In this document: piece after piece, positions 1-12,000 of the stretch
Layout: each line of letters begins with the position of its first letter
Position numbering within the stretch: the stretch's first letter is position 1
DNA from: Octopus bimaculoides
Lineage: Eukaryota
Direction of reading: 5' to 3'
Length of the DNA: 51,014 bases
Assembly (NCBI RefSeq): GCF_001194135.2
Contig: NC_068999.1
Location: 25,029,825 to 25,080,838 of the forward strand
Notes under the pieces: model-generated
What the model saw: only the letters and a program-made list of their open reading frames with translations
Databases searched by the model: none
What the model was told of the DNA's origin: nothing
Translations under genes and position numbers: made by a program

Positions 1-195
1 GTGCAGGTGACACGTAAAAGCACCCACTACACTCTCTGAGTGGTTGGCGTTAGGAAGGGCATCCAGCTGTAGAAACTCTGCCAAATCAGACTGGAGCCTG
101 GTGTTGCCATCCGGTTTCACCAGTCCTCAGTCAAATCGTCCAACCCATGCTAGCATGGAAAGCGGACGTTAAACGATGATGATGATGATGATGAT
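1..195 (+). mobile_element. 3' tail of an RTE-type LINE or RTE-tailed SINE, ending in (GAT)n; cut by the window start
   Basis: Near-identical to 1795-1993, which follows an RTE ORF C-terminus. Contains GGTTGGCGTTAGGAAGGGCATCCAGC, the palindrome CCATGCTAGCATGG (145-158) and a (GAT)n tail. Confidence 0.8.
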
Positions 196-200
196 ATATG

Positions 201-354
201 ATGGGCTTCTTTCAATTTCTGTCTACCAAATCCAATCACAAGGCTTTTGTCGGCCTAAGGCTATAGTAGAAGACACTTGTCCAAGGTATCATGCAGCGAG
301 GCTGAACCTGGAACTATGTGGTTGGGAAGCAAGCTTCTTACCACACAGCCACAC
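201..354 (-). mobile_element. tRNA-derived SINE, family A, 5' head
   Basis: Minus strand starts GTGTGGCTGTGTGGTAAG (A-box-like) with a GGTTCAG B-box-like motif. Matches copies at 4751-4890, 13748-13912 and 23831-24205. Confidence 0.8.
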
Positions 355-575
355 GTGCACCTATTGTATAATATCTGTATGTATAATATTTTGCGACTTT
401 ATTATTATATGAATATTATTTTCAGTATTCATATTATCATCTGCGCTATTAATATGTATATTATTATGTATATTAATGTGTATATTATTGTGTATCTATA
501 TTCATTATCTGTGTTTGTTAGTAACAGTCTGTATAATATCAAATGTGCTATTGTCTAATATATAATAATATATAT

Positions 576-797
576 AATATTGGTTGCAAATTTTGGCACA
601 AGGCCAACAATTTTATCAGAAGGAGTAAGTCAATTACATTAACCCCAGTGTTCAACTGGAACTTATTTTATGGACCTCAAAAGGATGAAAGGCAAAGTCA
701 ACCTCAGCAAACTTTTGAATTCAGAAGGTAAAGTTATAAGAAATGCCACTAAACATTTTTTCTGGCAAGGTGATAATTCTGTCAGTTCGTCACCTTA
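576..797 (-). mobile_element. SINE, family B
   Basis: Reverse complement matches the copies at 15513-15730, 30633-30838 and 31130-31341 (GCCTTTCATCCTTT core, GCCTTGTGCCAAAATTTG end). Confidence 0.75.
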
Positions 798-980
798 TAA
801 TATTAGTTTCAAATCAGTCAGTTAATGGGAATTGATGTAATTGACTCCACCCCACCCCTCAAAAAAATGCTGGCCCTGGTCTAAAATTTGAAACCATTGA
901 TATCATCACTGTGTATATTATTAGCTTTGTCTGTATAATTATATATCTCTACAAGATTGCTTCTATATTACATACATATA

Positions 981-1029
981 TCATCATCACCGTTTAACAA
1001 CCATCTTCCATGCTGGTATGGGCTGGATG
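981..1029 (-). mobile_element. Short RTE-type 3' tail remnant
   Basis: (CAT)n followed by CGTTTAAC...TTCCATGCTGGTATGGG, the reverse complement of the tail at 1-195. Confidence 0.6.
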
Positions 1030-1032
1030 TGC

Positions 1033-1074
<42 letters not shown>

Positions 1075-1077
<3 letters not shown>

Positions 1078-1993
1078 AATGAAGCCAGTATGCTCTGCTG
1101 GATGTGTAATGTCAGTGTGCATACTCGACAGAGTATAAGTGCCTTGAGAGAAAAGTTGGGCCTAAGAAGCATCAGATGTGGTGTGCAAGAGAGACGACTG
1201 TGCTGGTATGGTCATGTGGTACGAATGGATGAGGATAGCTGTGTGAAAAAGTGTCACACCCTAGCAGTTGAGGGAAACTGTGGAAGAGGTAGACCCAGGA
1301 AGACCTGGGATGAGGTGGTGAAGCATGACCTTCGAACATTAGGCCTCACCAAGGCAATGACTAGTGACCAAGACCTTTGGAAATATGCTGTTCTTGAGAA
1401 GACCCGGCAAGCCAAGTGAGACCATAACCTGTAGCCTATGCCAGTGGTGTAACCAGCCCACTTATGCATACCTTTCTTTCATTGGACTCTAAACTCTGCT
1501 TGTGAAGACCTGTTGAGGCAAGTGAAATCGGAATCAAATTCGATGACAGCACCGCATGACAGGCATCCATGCTAGTGGAGCGCTAAGAGCACCATCCGAG
1601 CATGATCATTGCCAGGGCCACTGACCGGTCTCCGCGCTGGTGGCACGTAAAAAGCACCATTCGAGTGTGATTGTTACCAGCGTCGCCTTACTGGCACTTG
1701 TGCTGGTGGTACATGGAAAACAGTATTCAGGTAACACATAAAAACACCATTTGAGCATGGCCGGGGCCAGTACTGCCTGACTGGCCCTTGTGCCGGTGGC
1801 ACGTAAAAGGACCCACTACACTCTTGGAGTGGTTGGCGTTAGGAAGGGCATCCAGCTGTAGAAACTGCCAGATCAGATTGGAGCCTGGTGCAGCCTTCTA
1901 GTTCAATAGTCCCCAGTCAAAGCGTCCAACCCATGCCAGCATGGAAAGCGGACGTTAAACGATGATGATGATGATGATGATAATGATGATGAT
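1075..1993 (+). mobile_element. 5'-truncated RTE-clade LINE: ORF C-terminus (1075-1419), 3' UTR and (GAT)n tail
   Basis: Translation ...RRLCWYGHVVRM...GRGRPRKTWDEVVKHDL... is the typical RTE C-terminal motif set. It is homologous to the ORF 9768-10274 on the minus strand. Confidence 0.9.
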
Positions 1994-2119
1994 ATATATC
2001 TATATATATATAAGATATAATTAAGATTCAGTTGAATTAGGTACTTAAATTGAGGCACCTTGATAGCACCTTGCTAGTTTGGTATAATTGACACCTGTAC
2101 ATCTTTGTTACTTATTTAT

Positions 2120-2207
<88 letters not shown>

Positions 2208-2584
2208 AGGAAAATAAGACAAGGTAGAAATGCTAAAATGCTGGGATCTGCTGCTACCTACCAAGCCTTCACAAAGGAAAAGAGAGAGACAGAGACAGAA
2301 AAAAAATGTTCTACTTGTTTGAAGACTATGGAAATATTTAATTTAATTTTTTCTTCAATTTAATTATTTAATTGTTTTTCTTTGTAATTAATATCCACCT
2401 TTGTTTTACTCTTAGTTGAAAAAGTCGAAAAGACTGAAACCGGTACTAAGCATTACAAAATGTATTTTCATGAAAGAATTATTTTAGCATTTTCTACATT
2501 TTCTTATACATATCAACTCATGTGTTACTTTTCAACCTTCTACACGCACGCGCGCACACACACACACATAATATATATATAACA

Positions 2585-3339
2585 CACGAAGTCTGATCAA
2601 TAAGTATCCAGACTGTTGCTATAGTAATGAAGCTAAAGCACACAGAGTAAAGCTGCTTGGCAAAGATTGACCTTAACCTCTGTTGTGCATGTGCACTTAT
2701 TTTAACGTTCTAGCTCACTTCTGCTGTTCACAGCAGTGCTGTATAATATGTGATTGTTGTATTGACCACGACAGAGCAACTTGTCATGCCATTACCTGCT
2801 TAGAGGCCTATGCATAGTTGCAGAAAGTGTATGGAGAGGAGTGCGTGAGCTGCACACAAGTGTATGAGTGGTTCAGACCTTTCCAAGATGGCCGACAAAA
2901 TGTCGACAGTAACGAACATTCTGGTAGACCTGCAACCAGCAGAACTGAGAAAAACATTGCAGATGTGCATGCAGCTGTGAAGGGAAATCGCCAAATCACC
3001 ATCCGTGAGTTATCAGAGGATGTGCAGGTTAGTTGTGTTGAGAACAATGAAGACTTTTTGAAAACTTTGTGTAAGCCTCTGCTCAGGTATCGTCAAGCTT
3101 TTGGCAAAATTTGATGCAGATTCTCTGCTAAACTTTTTCTATCATGGTCAATACAACAAATACATGCTACACATGTTACTTCCACGTACTGCTGTAAATA
3201 ACAAAAGTGAGCTAGAATGTTAAAACTTAGTGTGCATGCACAGCAGAGTTCAAGGTCAATCTGTGTCAAGCAACTTCACTCTGCATGTTTTAGCTTCATA
3301 ACTATAGCAATCATCCGGATACTTATTGATCAAACCATG

Positions 3340-3341
<2 letters not shown>
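2585..3341 (+). mobile_element. Internally deleted mariner-type DNA transposon with about 155-bp imperfect TIRs and a transposase HTH remnant (2818-3030)
   Basis: 2585-2738 is the reverse complement of 3187-3341 (TGATCAATAAGTATCC...). The ORF reads VYGEECVSCTQVYEWFRPFQDGRQNVDSNEHSGRP, like the mariner N-terminal HTH. A TA lies at the right end. Confidence 0.85.
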
Positions 3342-3373
<32 letters not shown>

Positions 3374-3590
3374 NNNNNNNNNNNNNNNNNNNNNNNNNNN
3401 NNNNNNNNNNNNNNNNNNNNNNNNNNNNNNNNNNNNNNNNNNNNNNNNNNNNNNNNNNNNNNNNNNNNNNNNNNNNNNNNNNNNNNNNNNNNNNNNNNNN
3501 NNNNNNNNNNNNNNNNNNNNNNNNNNNNNNNNNNNNNNNNNNNNNNNNNNNNNATACATACATATGCATATACATACATATATATATAAA

Positions 3591-4005
3591 ATCATCATTA
3601 TCATCATCATCCTTTAACATCCATTTTTGATGCTAGCATGGGTTGGATAATTTAATGAGAGCTGGCTAGTCGGAGAGCTACTCCAGGTTCCAGTTTGATT
3701 TGGCTAGGTTTCTATGGCTGGATGCCCTTCCTAATGCCAACCACTTTACACTGTGTGCTGGGTATTTTTAATATGGTGCTGGCATAAGTGCTTTTTATGT
3801 GGCACCAGTACAGGACTGTTGCAGGCCAATCCTCTTCAACCAGGGGAGCAGCTTTAACATCTCTGCAATAGAGGACAGGTCTTCTTGAGTACAGTACGGC
3901 ATCAGATATCTTGGTCTGTTGTCATCTCCTCTGAAGGGTTCAGTACTTTGTCCCATGTCTTCTTGGTTCTTCCTCTTCCACGAGTCTCATCCAGTTTGAG
4001 TGATA
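3591..4005 (-). mobile_element. 5'-truncated RTE copy with a short 3' UTR
   Basis: Minus strand encodes LKLDETRGRGRTKKTWDKVL...EEMTTDQDI, then the shared RTE tail and (GAT)n. Confidence 0.75.
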
Positions 4006-4364
4006 AGCACTTCTTTATGGAGCTGCTGATATCTATTCACATATATATTATATATATACATACATATAGTATCTATGTGCATAATATTATTTGTTTGTAT
4101 ATATATCATTATATGCATGCAAAATATTCTCTATGTAAATCCTTCTCTGTGGTAAAAATATTATCTATATCTTTATAATCTACATCTATATTATCATCTT
4201 AGTCTATATTATTAAATGCATTTATAATATCATTTGTATATATATGTATATATATTATTGTCTTCTATATTATGTTCTGTGTATATTTTATAATTTGTGT
4301 CTGTCATATCTGCATCTAATATTTTCTATGTGTATATTATCTGTGTTTCTGTTATCTGCATATC

Positions 4365-4560
4365 TTTTATCTTTTACTTGTTTCAGTCAATAGACTGCAG
4401 TCATGCTGGAAGAACTTTAGTTGAATGAATCAGTGCCACTACTTATTTTGTATGCCTGATACTTATTATATTAGTCCCATTTGCCAACCTGCTAGGTTAT
4501 GAGAATGTAAACACACAAATACTGGTTGTCAAGCTGTGGTGAGTGCAAACACAAACACAC
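4365..4560 (-). mobile_element. SINE family A, 3' portion
   Basis: Reverse complement aligns by eye with 24030-24200 (ends GACTGAAACAAGTAAAAGATA). Confidence 0.6.
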
Positions 4561-4659
4561 ACACACACACACATGTATATGGAAACTGAAAGAAGCTCAT
4601 TCTATATATATATGTTTTGCTAAACTGGCAATATGACCATCCCCAAGTACAACAACATA

Positions 4660-4690
<31 letters not shown>

Positions 4691-4750
4691 NNNNNNNNNN
4701 NNNNNNNNNNNNNTATATGTGTGTGTGTGTGTGTATATATATGTAGAATG

Positions 4751-4890
4751 AGATTCTTTCAGTTTCCATCAGCCAAATCTACTCACAAAGTTTTGGTTGG
4801 CTTAAGACTATAGCAGAAAATACTTATCCAAGGTGCCACAATAGCTCATGTGGTTGGGAAACAAACTTTTTACCATACAGCCATGCCTGC
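4751..4890 (-). mobile_element. SINE family A head
   Basis: Similar to 201-354. Confidence 0.7.
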
Positions 4891-4894
4891 ACTT

Positions 4895-4933
<39 letters not shown>

Positions 4934-4950
4934 ATTATTAGTATTATTAG

Positions 4951-5186
4951 TATGGTGGCAAGCTGTCAGAATCATTGATACACTCAACTTAATGCTTAGC
5001 AGCATTTCATCCATTTTTATGTTCTGAGTTAAAATTTTGTTAAAGTTAACTTTAACTTTCATCTGTTCAGGGTTGTTAAAATAAGTGCAAGTTGAGCACT
5101 GGGCAGGGTGGGGTGGAGGGTTCAATGTAATCAACTTACCCCTACCCTGGGGTTGCTGGCCTTGTGCCAAAATTTTAAACCAATAT
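4951..5186 (+). mobile_element. SINE family B
   Basis: GGCAAGCTGTCAGAATC head and GGCCTTGTGCCAAAATTTTAAACC end, as in the other B copies. Confidence 0.7.
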
Positions 5187-5488
5187 CATCTGTGTCTCTA
5201 TTACTATCAGTGTCTCTAATATTAGCTATGTGCATATTAGTAACCATCAAAGTTATTAAGCGTCTGCAGAATGAAAGTTGTGTCTAAGTTTCCTTAAATT
5301 AATAAAGCAAAAGACCATACATAAACCAAGACTTACAGACTTGGATTTATATGTTATGGAAATAAATACAGATTGTGTTCAACAGCAAACTTTCTTTATA
5401 ACAGTTTACCCTGAACTTAACAATCCTAAATTGCATTGGCTGCACCATGGTTTAAAATACTGTCAAGGAGATTGACCTGAGATATTAA

Positions 5489-5651
5489 CCCATTAAGTCC
5501 CAGAGTACTTAAATTTCTGAATATTACTTTAAAATTTTTACATATGATTGAAAGAGGTTAAAATGAAAAAAATAATTATTAAAACTCCTTTACTTCAAGT
5601 AGAAATGGAAATACTCAGTGTCCTATAAATATGACAGTGGGACTTAATGGG
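5489..5651. mobile_element. piggyBac-type MITE, 163 bp
   Basis: Perfect 14-bp TIRs CCCATTAAGTCCCA (5489-5502) and TGGGACTTAATGGG (5638-5651), with TTAA on both sides (5485-5488, 5652-5655). Confidence 0.85.
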
Positions 5652-5904
5652 TTAAGTGGCAGCATTATTGTTTATAGAGTAAAAGGTATTGCTCCACTAC
5701 CACCACCACCACTACCTTCCTGGAAGGGCTTACAACACATATGGTTCATAATTGCTCTTTGGAATTAGAAATTGCTAATTGGAATTGTTTACAGATTATC
5801 CAGTGCAGGGGAAAATAAAATATTATCAATCTTTAGAAACTTGGGAGCTACTTTAGTAATAATCTGCCTGAAGGTTGGCACCCATTAACAAACACACACA
5901 CAGA

Positions 5905-6124
5905 GTATCTTTGAGTCTGTGTTTGTCCCCCACCACAACTTTGCAACCGGTGTTGGTATGTCTATGTCCCCATAACATAGCAGTTTTGCAAATGTGACTG
6001 ATAGAATAAGCATCAGCTTAAATAAATTAAATACAGGATCAATTTATTCCTCTAAAATTCAAGGAAGTGCCTCAGCATAGCCACAGTCTACTATTGACTG
6101 AATCAAGTAAAAGATAAGGGATAA
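5905..6124 (+). mobile_element. SINE family A, 3' portion
   Basis: Similar to 24030-24200 (GTGTTTGTCCCCCACC...GACTGAATCAAGTAAAAGATAA). Confidence 0.6.
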
Positions 6125-6329
6125 AATCCAGGTGCTCATGCCACAGCCATTATATGGATGCAGGAACGGCATGTACACCTTTACTTCAAATAGGCATGAA
6201 TAAAACGCCAGGTAACAAAGAATGAAGCATCATCATTCCTCTCAGTCAAAGAATGGTAACATTCAAGAGAATAAATGAACATTTACAGAGGCAAAGCACA
6301 TCTAGGATAAGTCAGAAATGATGACAGGA

Positions 6330-6423
6330 AACCACAGTGTTAGGTTGTGCACATGTTAGATACAGAAAACAGAACCATTTTCTGGCAACCAAGAATCTCA
6401 GTAACAAGAACTGGTGGAACATT

Positions 6424-6481
<58 letters not shown>

Positions 6482-6629
6482 NNNNNNNNNNNNNNNNNNN
6501 NNNNNNNNNNNNNNNNNNNNNNNNNNNNNNNNNNNNNNNNNNNNNNNNNNNNNNNNNNNNNNNNNNNNNNNNNNNNNNNNNNNNNNNNNNNNNNNNNNNN
6601 NNNNNNNNNNNNNNNNNNNNNNNNNNNNN

Positions 6630-6680
<51 letters not shown>

Positions 6681-8010
6681 GCAGCACACTCCCATATTCT
6701 CACCATCAAAGATAATGTTACTGAACATTCAATGGAAAAAAGAACCAATGTCTCCTGCCATACCTTTGCAGAAAAATGTAAAATGCCAACATTTCCACAA
6801 TTATCTGTTATAATGCTAAGAGCAGGATTCACAGAGCAAAAAGATATTAAGAAAATGCAAAACTTAAACCTTAGAAAGCCACCGGTTCTGATCAAATTTC
6901 AGTTAAAATCCTGAAGCAATGTAAGAAACTGACTTGTTTTTTGTTTCACTTGTTTTTTACTTGTGGCATATTTCCAAATCATTGGAAGACTGTCTGTGTG
7001 ATATAACTTTACTTAAGAGAAAATGCAGATCTGATTTATCAAACTCGCAATCCATTTTATTGCTCATCATCAGCAGGAGTAAATAGACAACTAAGTGTAA
7101 GAAAAAAACCATTGCTGCTGCAATGATCATTTGTCTTTCAACTAAACCATGGCACAGTATACCCATTCTCTCTCTCTCTCTCACCCTCCTTCCCTCCCTC
7201 TCCCCTATCTCTTTCTCTCTCTCCCTCTCCCTGTCTCTGTTTCTGTCTCTGTCTCTCACTTTCTTTCTCTCTCTCTGTCTCTCTCTCTCTCTCTGTTTCT
7301 GTCTGTCTGTATATCTCTGAGTGTCTCTGTCTCTTTCTCTGTCTATTTGTCTGTCTCTCTCTTTCTCTTTCTCTGTCTCTGTCTGTCTGTCTGTCTCTCA
7401 CTCACTCACTCTCCCTCCCTCCCTCTATTTCTCTATTCCAGATATGGAAGAATAACCTGGACTTCAAAAGTGTAGCAAAAGGGAGAGACAGTGAAAGCGG
7501 TCCCCTCTTGGGCACAGCTGTAAAGGAGGATAAAATTTCCTCAGGTCATATATCATATTTATTAATTAAGTAGGGGGTAACAAGAAGTGTTTTTGCCCCA
7601 GGCACAGTGAAGTGTTGTTATGCTACTGTTAGACATAAACCAAGAATTTGGAGTCTCATCCCCAGATAGTTAAACAGTTTTTGAAAGAGTTTGACACACT
7701 GAAATTTATGCCAAGAAACGATCCAATAGAATATGCAGTCAACTGCTACGGTAACTGCAAAATCACCTCAGCAAGAAAGTCACTCTTTTAGGTCAATTCT
7801 TCAATTTGTCATTCATGAATGCACCACACCCTTTGGTTTTCACACATATCATGTTTTCTGTTCTTAGTTTCCATAGACGACTGGGTCACTGCCTCTGAAA
7901 ATGATGTGTAATGCTATAACATTGACACTACATACTTTGCTGCAGTTCAGTTCCAATAAAGACATCTAAAATGAAGGCCTGGAAGGATGAATAGAAGGTG
8001 ACATTTGAGC
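6330..8010 (+). pseudogene. Heavily decayed CR1/L2-group LINE RT remnant, interrupted by microsatellites
   Basis: Peptides across shifting frames appear in the expected RT order: KNLSNKNWWNIV, EKRTNVSCHTFAEKC, FTEQKDIKKMQNLNLRK, CGIFPNHWKTVCVI (G.FP..WK.A.V), SNSQSILLLIISR (NYRPISLL-like) and AWKDE*KVTFEPLK. Confidence 0.55.
6428..7430. repeat. (CT)n and CT-rich microsatellite tracts
   Basis: Directly visible at 6428-6677 (with a gap) and 7163-7430. Confidence 0.95.
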
Positions 8011-8218
8011 CATTAAAGGGAAAAGTAATAGTTTTTATCGAAGAAAAAATGGTTCATCAAATATTTACTTGTTTTGGGAATCATTAGTTACCTGTAAAAC
8101 TTGTAATTCTGCATGCAAGGATAGGTAAAAAGTCAGTGTAAACAAACAATAGAAGACTCTTTCTCCCCGCTCTCTCTCTATGTACATATGTATATTTCTA
8201 TAGTGTAGTTGTTGTTTT

Positions 8219-8276
<58 letters not shown>

Positions 8277-8292
8277 CAAACCACACACACAC

Positions 8293-8324
<32 letters not shown>

Positions 8325-8327
<3 letters not shown>

Positions 8328-8480
8328 TGCTTGAAATGAGGAGTAGATAGACAGCTGACAACTGATGAAAGGTTGTTCTCTGTGTTACTTGTCCTGTTTT
8401 CCATTTTTAGCTCTTGCTGTTTGCGTATTTAACTCGTTTGTTTTCATACTTCATGTTGTTTCATCAAAACTTCTTCCAAG
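8325..8480 (+). repeat. Fragment of a dispersed repeat with GAAA...CTGATGA motifs (same family as 25369-25870 and 26240-26471)
   Basis: TGAAATGAGGAGTAGATAGACAGCTGACAACTGATGAAAGG matches the reverse complement of 25470-25515 and 26380-26420. Confidence 0.75.
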
Positions 8481-8565
8481 TTCAAACATAACAAACCTAA
8501 CAGTTATTTGGAACAGAAAAGAAACATTATGGAGTCATAGAAGTTAGCTGCCCTGCAGATGTGTT

Positions 8566-9008
8566 CATCATCATCATCATCATCAATTAACGTCCACTTT
8601 CCATGCTGGCATGGGTAGGACAGTTAGGCAAGAGCCAGCCAGGCAGAAGCCCTGCGCTAGACTTCTGTAACTGTTTTGGCAGGATTTTTGCAGCTGGATG
8701 CCCTTCCTAACACCAACCACTCAGCAGAGTGGACTTAGTGTTTTTTACATGGCACAAGCACAGGCAAGGTTTTTACAGCTGGATGCCCTTCCAAACACCA
8801 ACCACTTTAAAGTGTGGATTGGATGCTTTTAAGTGGCACCTACACTGACAGGGTCACCAAGTACTTGCAAGACAAAAACATTTTTTTATCTCTTTTGAGA
8901 GGGAAGGGGACATTGGAGGAGATGCTCTTGCGTCAGATGATGAAAGGTTATAGTGAGGCACAGAGAGAGAGAAACAGGTATCTTAGAGGAGGTACAAGGT
9001 TACCTGGC

Positions 9009-9041
<33 letters not shown>

Positions 9042-12000
9042 ACAAAGGAAATACATGGTTACCCAACTTGAGGGAAGTGCAGGAGAAGAGAGAGAGTGGG
9101 AGACAGCAGGATAGAGAAGGTAGCAAACTCGCAAGGGACAGGGATCAGAATATAAATGGGATGGTTGAGTAAAGGAAGAGAGAGATATAGATGGGGGCAA
9201 GTGCCAGGGCATACCCTTGAGGTTTGAATGCCATAATATAAATGGCAGGATATTGCGAAGGAAGCTTGATTAAAGAGTGAGGAAGGGGTGGAGTGAGTGG
9301 TGAAAACCTGGGTATATATAGAGTTGGGGGGTGGGGGTGACTACTGGATTGTAATGATACAGAGGAACAGGGCCGTGAGGACAGGACTGGGGAGTGAGAA
9401 CTACGCATAGGGTATGAAGGAGGAAATGTGAGGAAGCGAAGAGATGTAAATTGGTTTGTTGGGGTAAGGTGTGGGAAAAGTTTTCTTGTTACGTGTTGGT
9501 GGAACACACAGGTCACAGACTAGTAGATAGCAATGATACAGTGAGACAGGGTGAGGGTGGAACACACAGGTCGGAAGCTAGCAGAGAGCAATGATACAGT
9601 GGCACAGGGCCAAGAGGACAGGATTGGGGAGTGGGAGGTAAGCATAGTGCATGAAGTGGAAATGTGAAGAAGAGAAGAGATGTAGAGATGTAGTTTGGTT
9701 TGTTGTTGTAGAGTGTGTGAGAAATTTTCTTATTAAGTGTGGGTGGGACCCACAGCACTTCTAAAACTCAGTTTAGCTGACATGGGCTGGTCTTTTCAAG
9801 AATTTCATATTGCCAGACATCTCTGTCCATTGTCATTTCCTCTGTGAGACCCAACATCCTGAGATCGGTCCTAACCACTTCATCCCATGTCCTCCTAGGT
9901 CTCCCTCTTCTGCAGGTACCATCTACTTTCAGTGACTGGCACTTCTTTATGCAACTGTCCTCATTCATATGCATCACATGTCCAAACCAATGTAGTTCTC
10001 TCTCTTGCATGCTACATTTGATTCCTCTTATCCCCGACTTTTCTCTCAATACATTTGCACTTTGTTGTACATGCACACTGATGTTGCACATCCAACGGAG
10101 CATACTACCTTCATTTCTCTCCAGTCTATGCAAGTCTTCTGCATTCAGAGCCCATGTTTCACTACCATGGAGTATAGCTGTTTGATCACAAGCATCATAC
10201 AGTCTACCTTTCACTCTGAGAGAGAGAGTCCTTTCATTGCCAACAGAGGTCATTGCTCTCTGAACTTTCTCCACCCAATTCTTATTCTAAAATCAATAAT
10301 TTCAGTGCATCCTCCACCATTGCTAATTTGGTCACTAAGGTAACAAACTATCTACAACCTCAAGAGAGCCTCCTGAGAATGTAAGCTCCATGTGCTCTTA
10401 GTGCTTATTTTTCCTGCACATCTGCCACATACAAAGGCGACTTTACTGTTAATCTACTTGTGATTTCTCTGCATCTTTTATGTGTCCATAGTTTACACTG
10501 GGTGCAGTGAATGAAATTTCTTCCAACTCCTTTCCTACATATTGAACAGGGCCATTTACCAGATGGACAGATAATTTTATCTTCTTTCTTACTACCAACA
10601 ACTTTGGTCTTTGCTAGGTTAACTTTAAGGCCCTTTGATTCCAGGTTTTGTTTCCATTCCTGGAATTTCTTCTCCAATTCTACTAAAGATTCTGCAATAA
10701 GAACAAGGTCATCAGCATATAGCAGTTCCCATGGGCACCCAGTTTTGAATTCCTCTGTTATGGCCTAATTAATTGAGCTATAACTCTCTCATAATGAATA
10801 AGAGTGGGCTGAGAACTGAACCTTGGTAAACTCCTACTTGTAAGCTAAATTCATAACTGTATTCATGGCTGATTCTCACCTTACTGACAGCACCTCTACT
10901 CCTAACTTCCTTAAAGACTACCATATAACAGAATGGGGAACTTTGTCGAATGCTTTCTCTAGGTTGATGAAGGCTAAGTACAATGGCTTACTTTTAGCCA
11001 AGTACTTTTCCTGCAGCTGTCTCACCAGGAAGATGGCATCTGTGGTACTCTCCCTAAGTAGAAGACTAAATTGAATCTCATTTAGTTAAATTCTATTCCT
11101 AATTAATTGAGCTATAACACTCTCATAACTTTCATGACTTGGTCTAGCAGTTTAATTCCTCTGTAGTTGCTTTTATCTAAGGCATCACCTTTACCCTTGT
11201 AGCAGCTAACTATAATACTGCTACACCAGTTATTGGGAATGGTGCCTTCTTGAATAACCTGATTAACTATACGGGTGACTACACTGTATCCTACACCACT
11301 GGAAATTTAATCATCTTGGCAGTGATTCCTGATGGCCCAGAGACTTTTCCTGTTTTCATGTCCTTAATTGCCTTATCTATTATGCTGCTATCAACTCTGA
11401 TGGCTGGTCCCTCAATTGGTTTGATATTTGGTAAACTCTCCTTCACCCATTCATTTTCCACATTTAGTAACCTCTCATAGTGACACTTTCATGCATCTTA
11501 CTTCTCTGAGTCACTAAGTACAAGCATACCATTGTCCATTTGCACACATTTCTCACCCACCACATATTTATTCTCTCTGATACAATGCTTTGCAATCCTG
11601 AACACCTCACACTAGAACATTTGCAAATCTCTTACCTTCAGCTATTCCTTTTGCTGTGTAAACTCAATACCTAGTTGTCCTTTTGGGCTACCTAATATAA
11701 TTCTCTGCTTCCACCATTTTCCCAGTCTTTCCGGGCCTGTCTTTTTGCTTTTATAGCACAGTTTACCTCCTTGTTCCACCACCATGTCACCCTTGGTCTT
11801 GCTGGGACTCTGCACCAACTACAGATTTCATCTGTAGCCCTCAGTAGATTGTCTTGCAGGAACTTCCAATTGTCCTCTAAGCTATATGTCCCCAACTCTT
11901 CCTCTCTTTCATCAGAAGCTTCCATTTGTAAATCTCTAAATTTTTGTTTGTTTTCTGGGTCTTTGAGCTTCCATAGTCTTCTTTTCTAGATTGGTTTATT

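Noticed and set aside
6337-7475. ORFs with SLSL/ERER runs and a minus-strand NPALSII segment resembling a GPCR helix
   Set aside because: These are microsatellite read-through. The plus strand is better explained as a decayed LINE RT.
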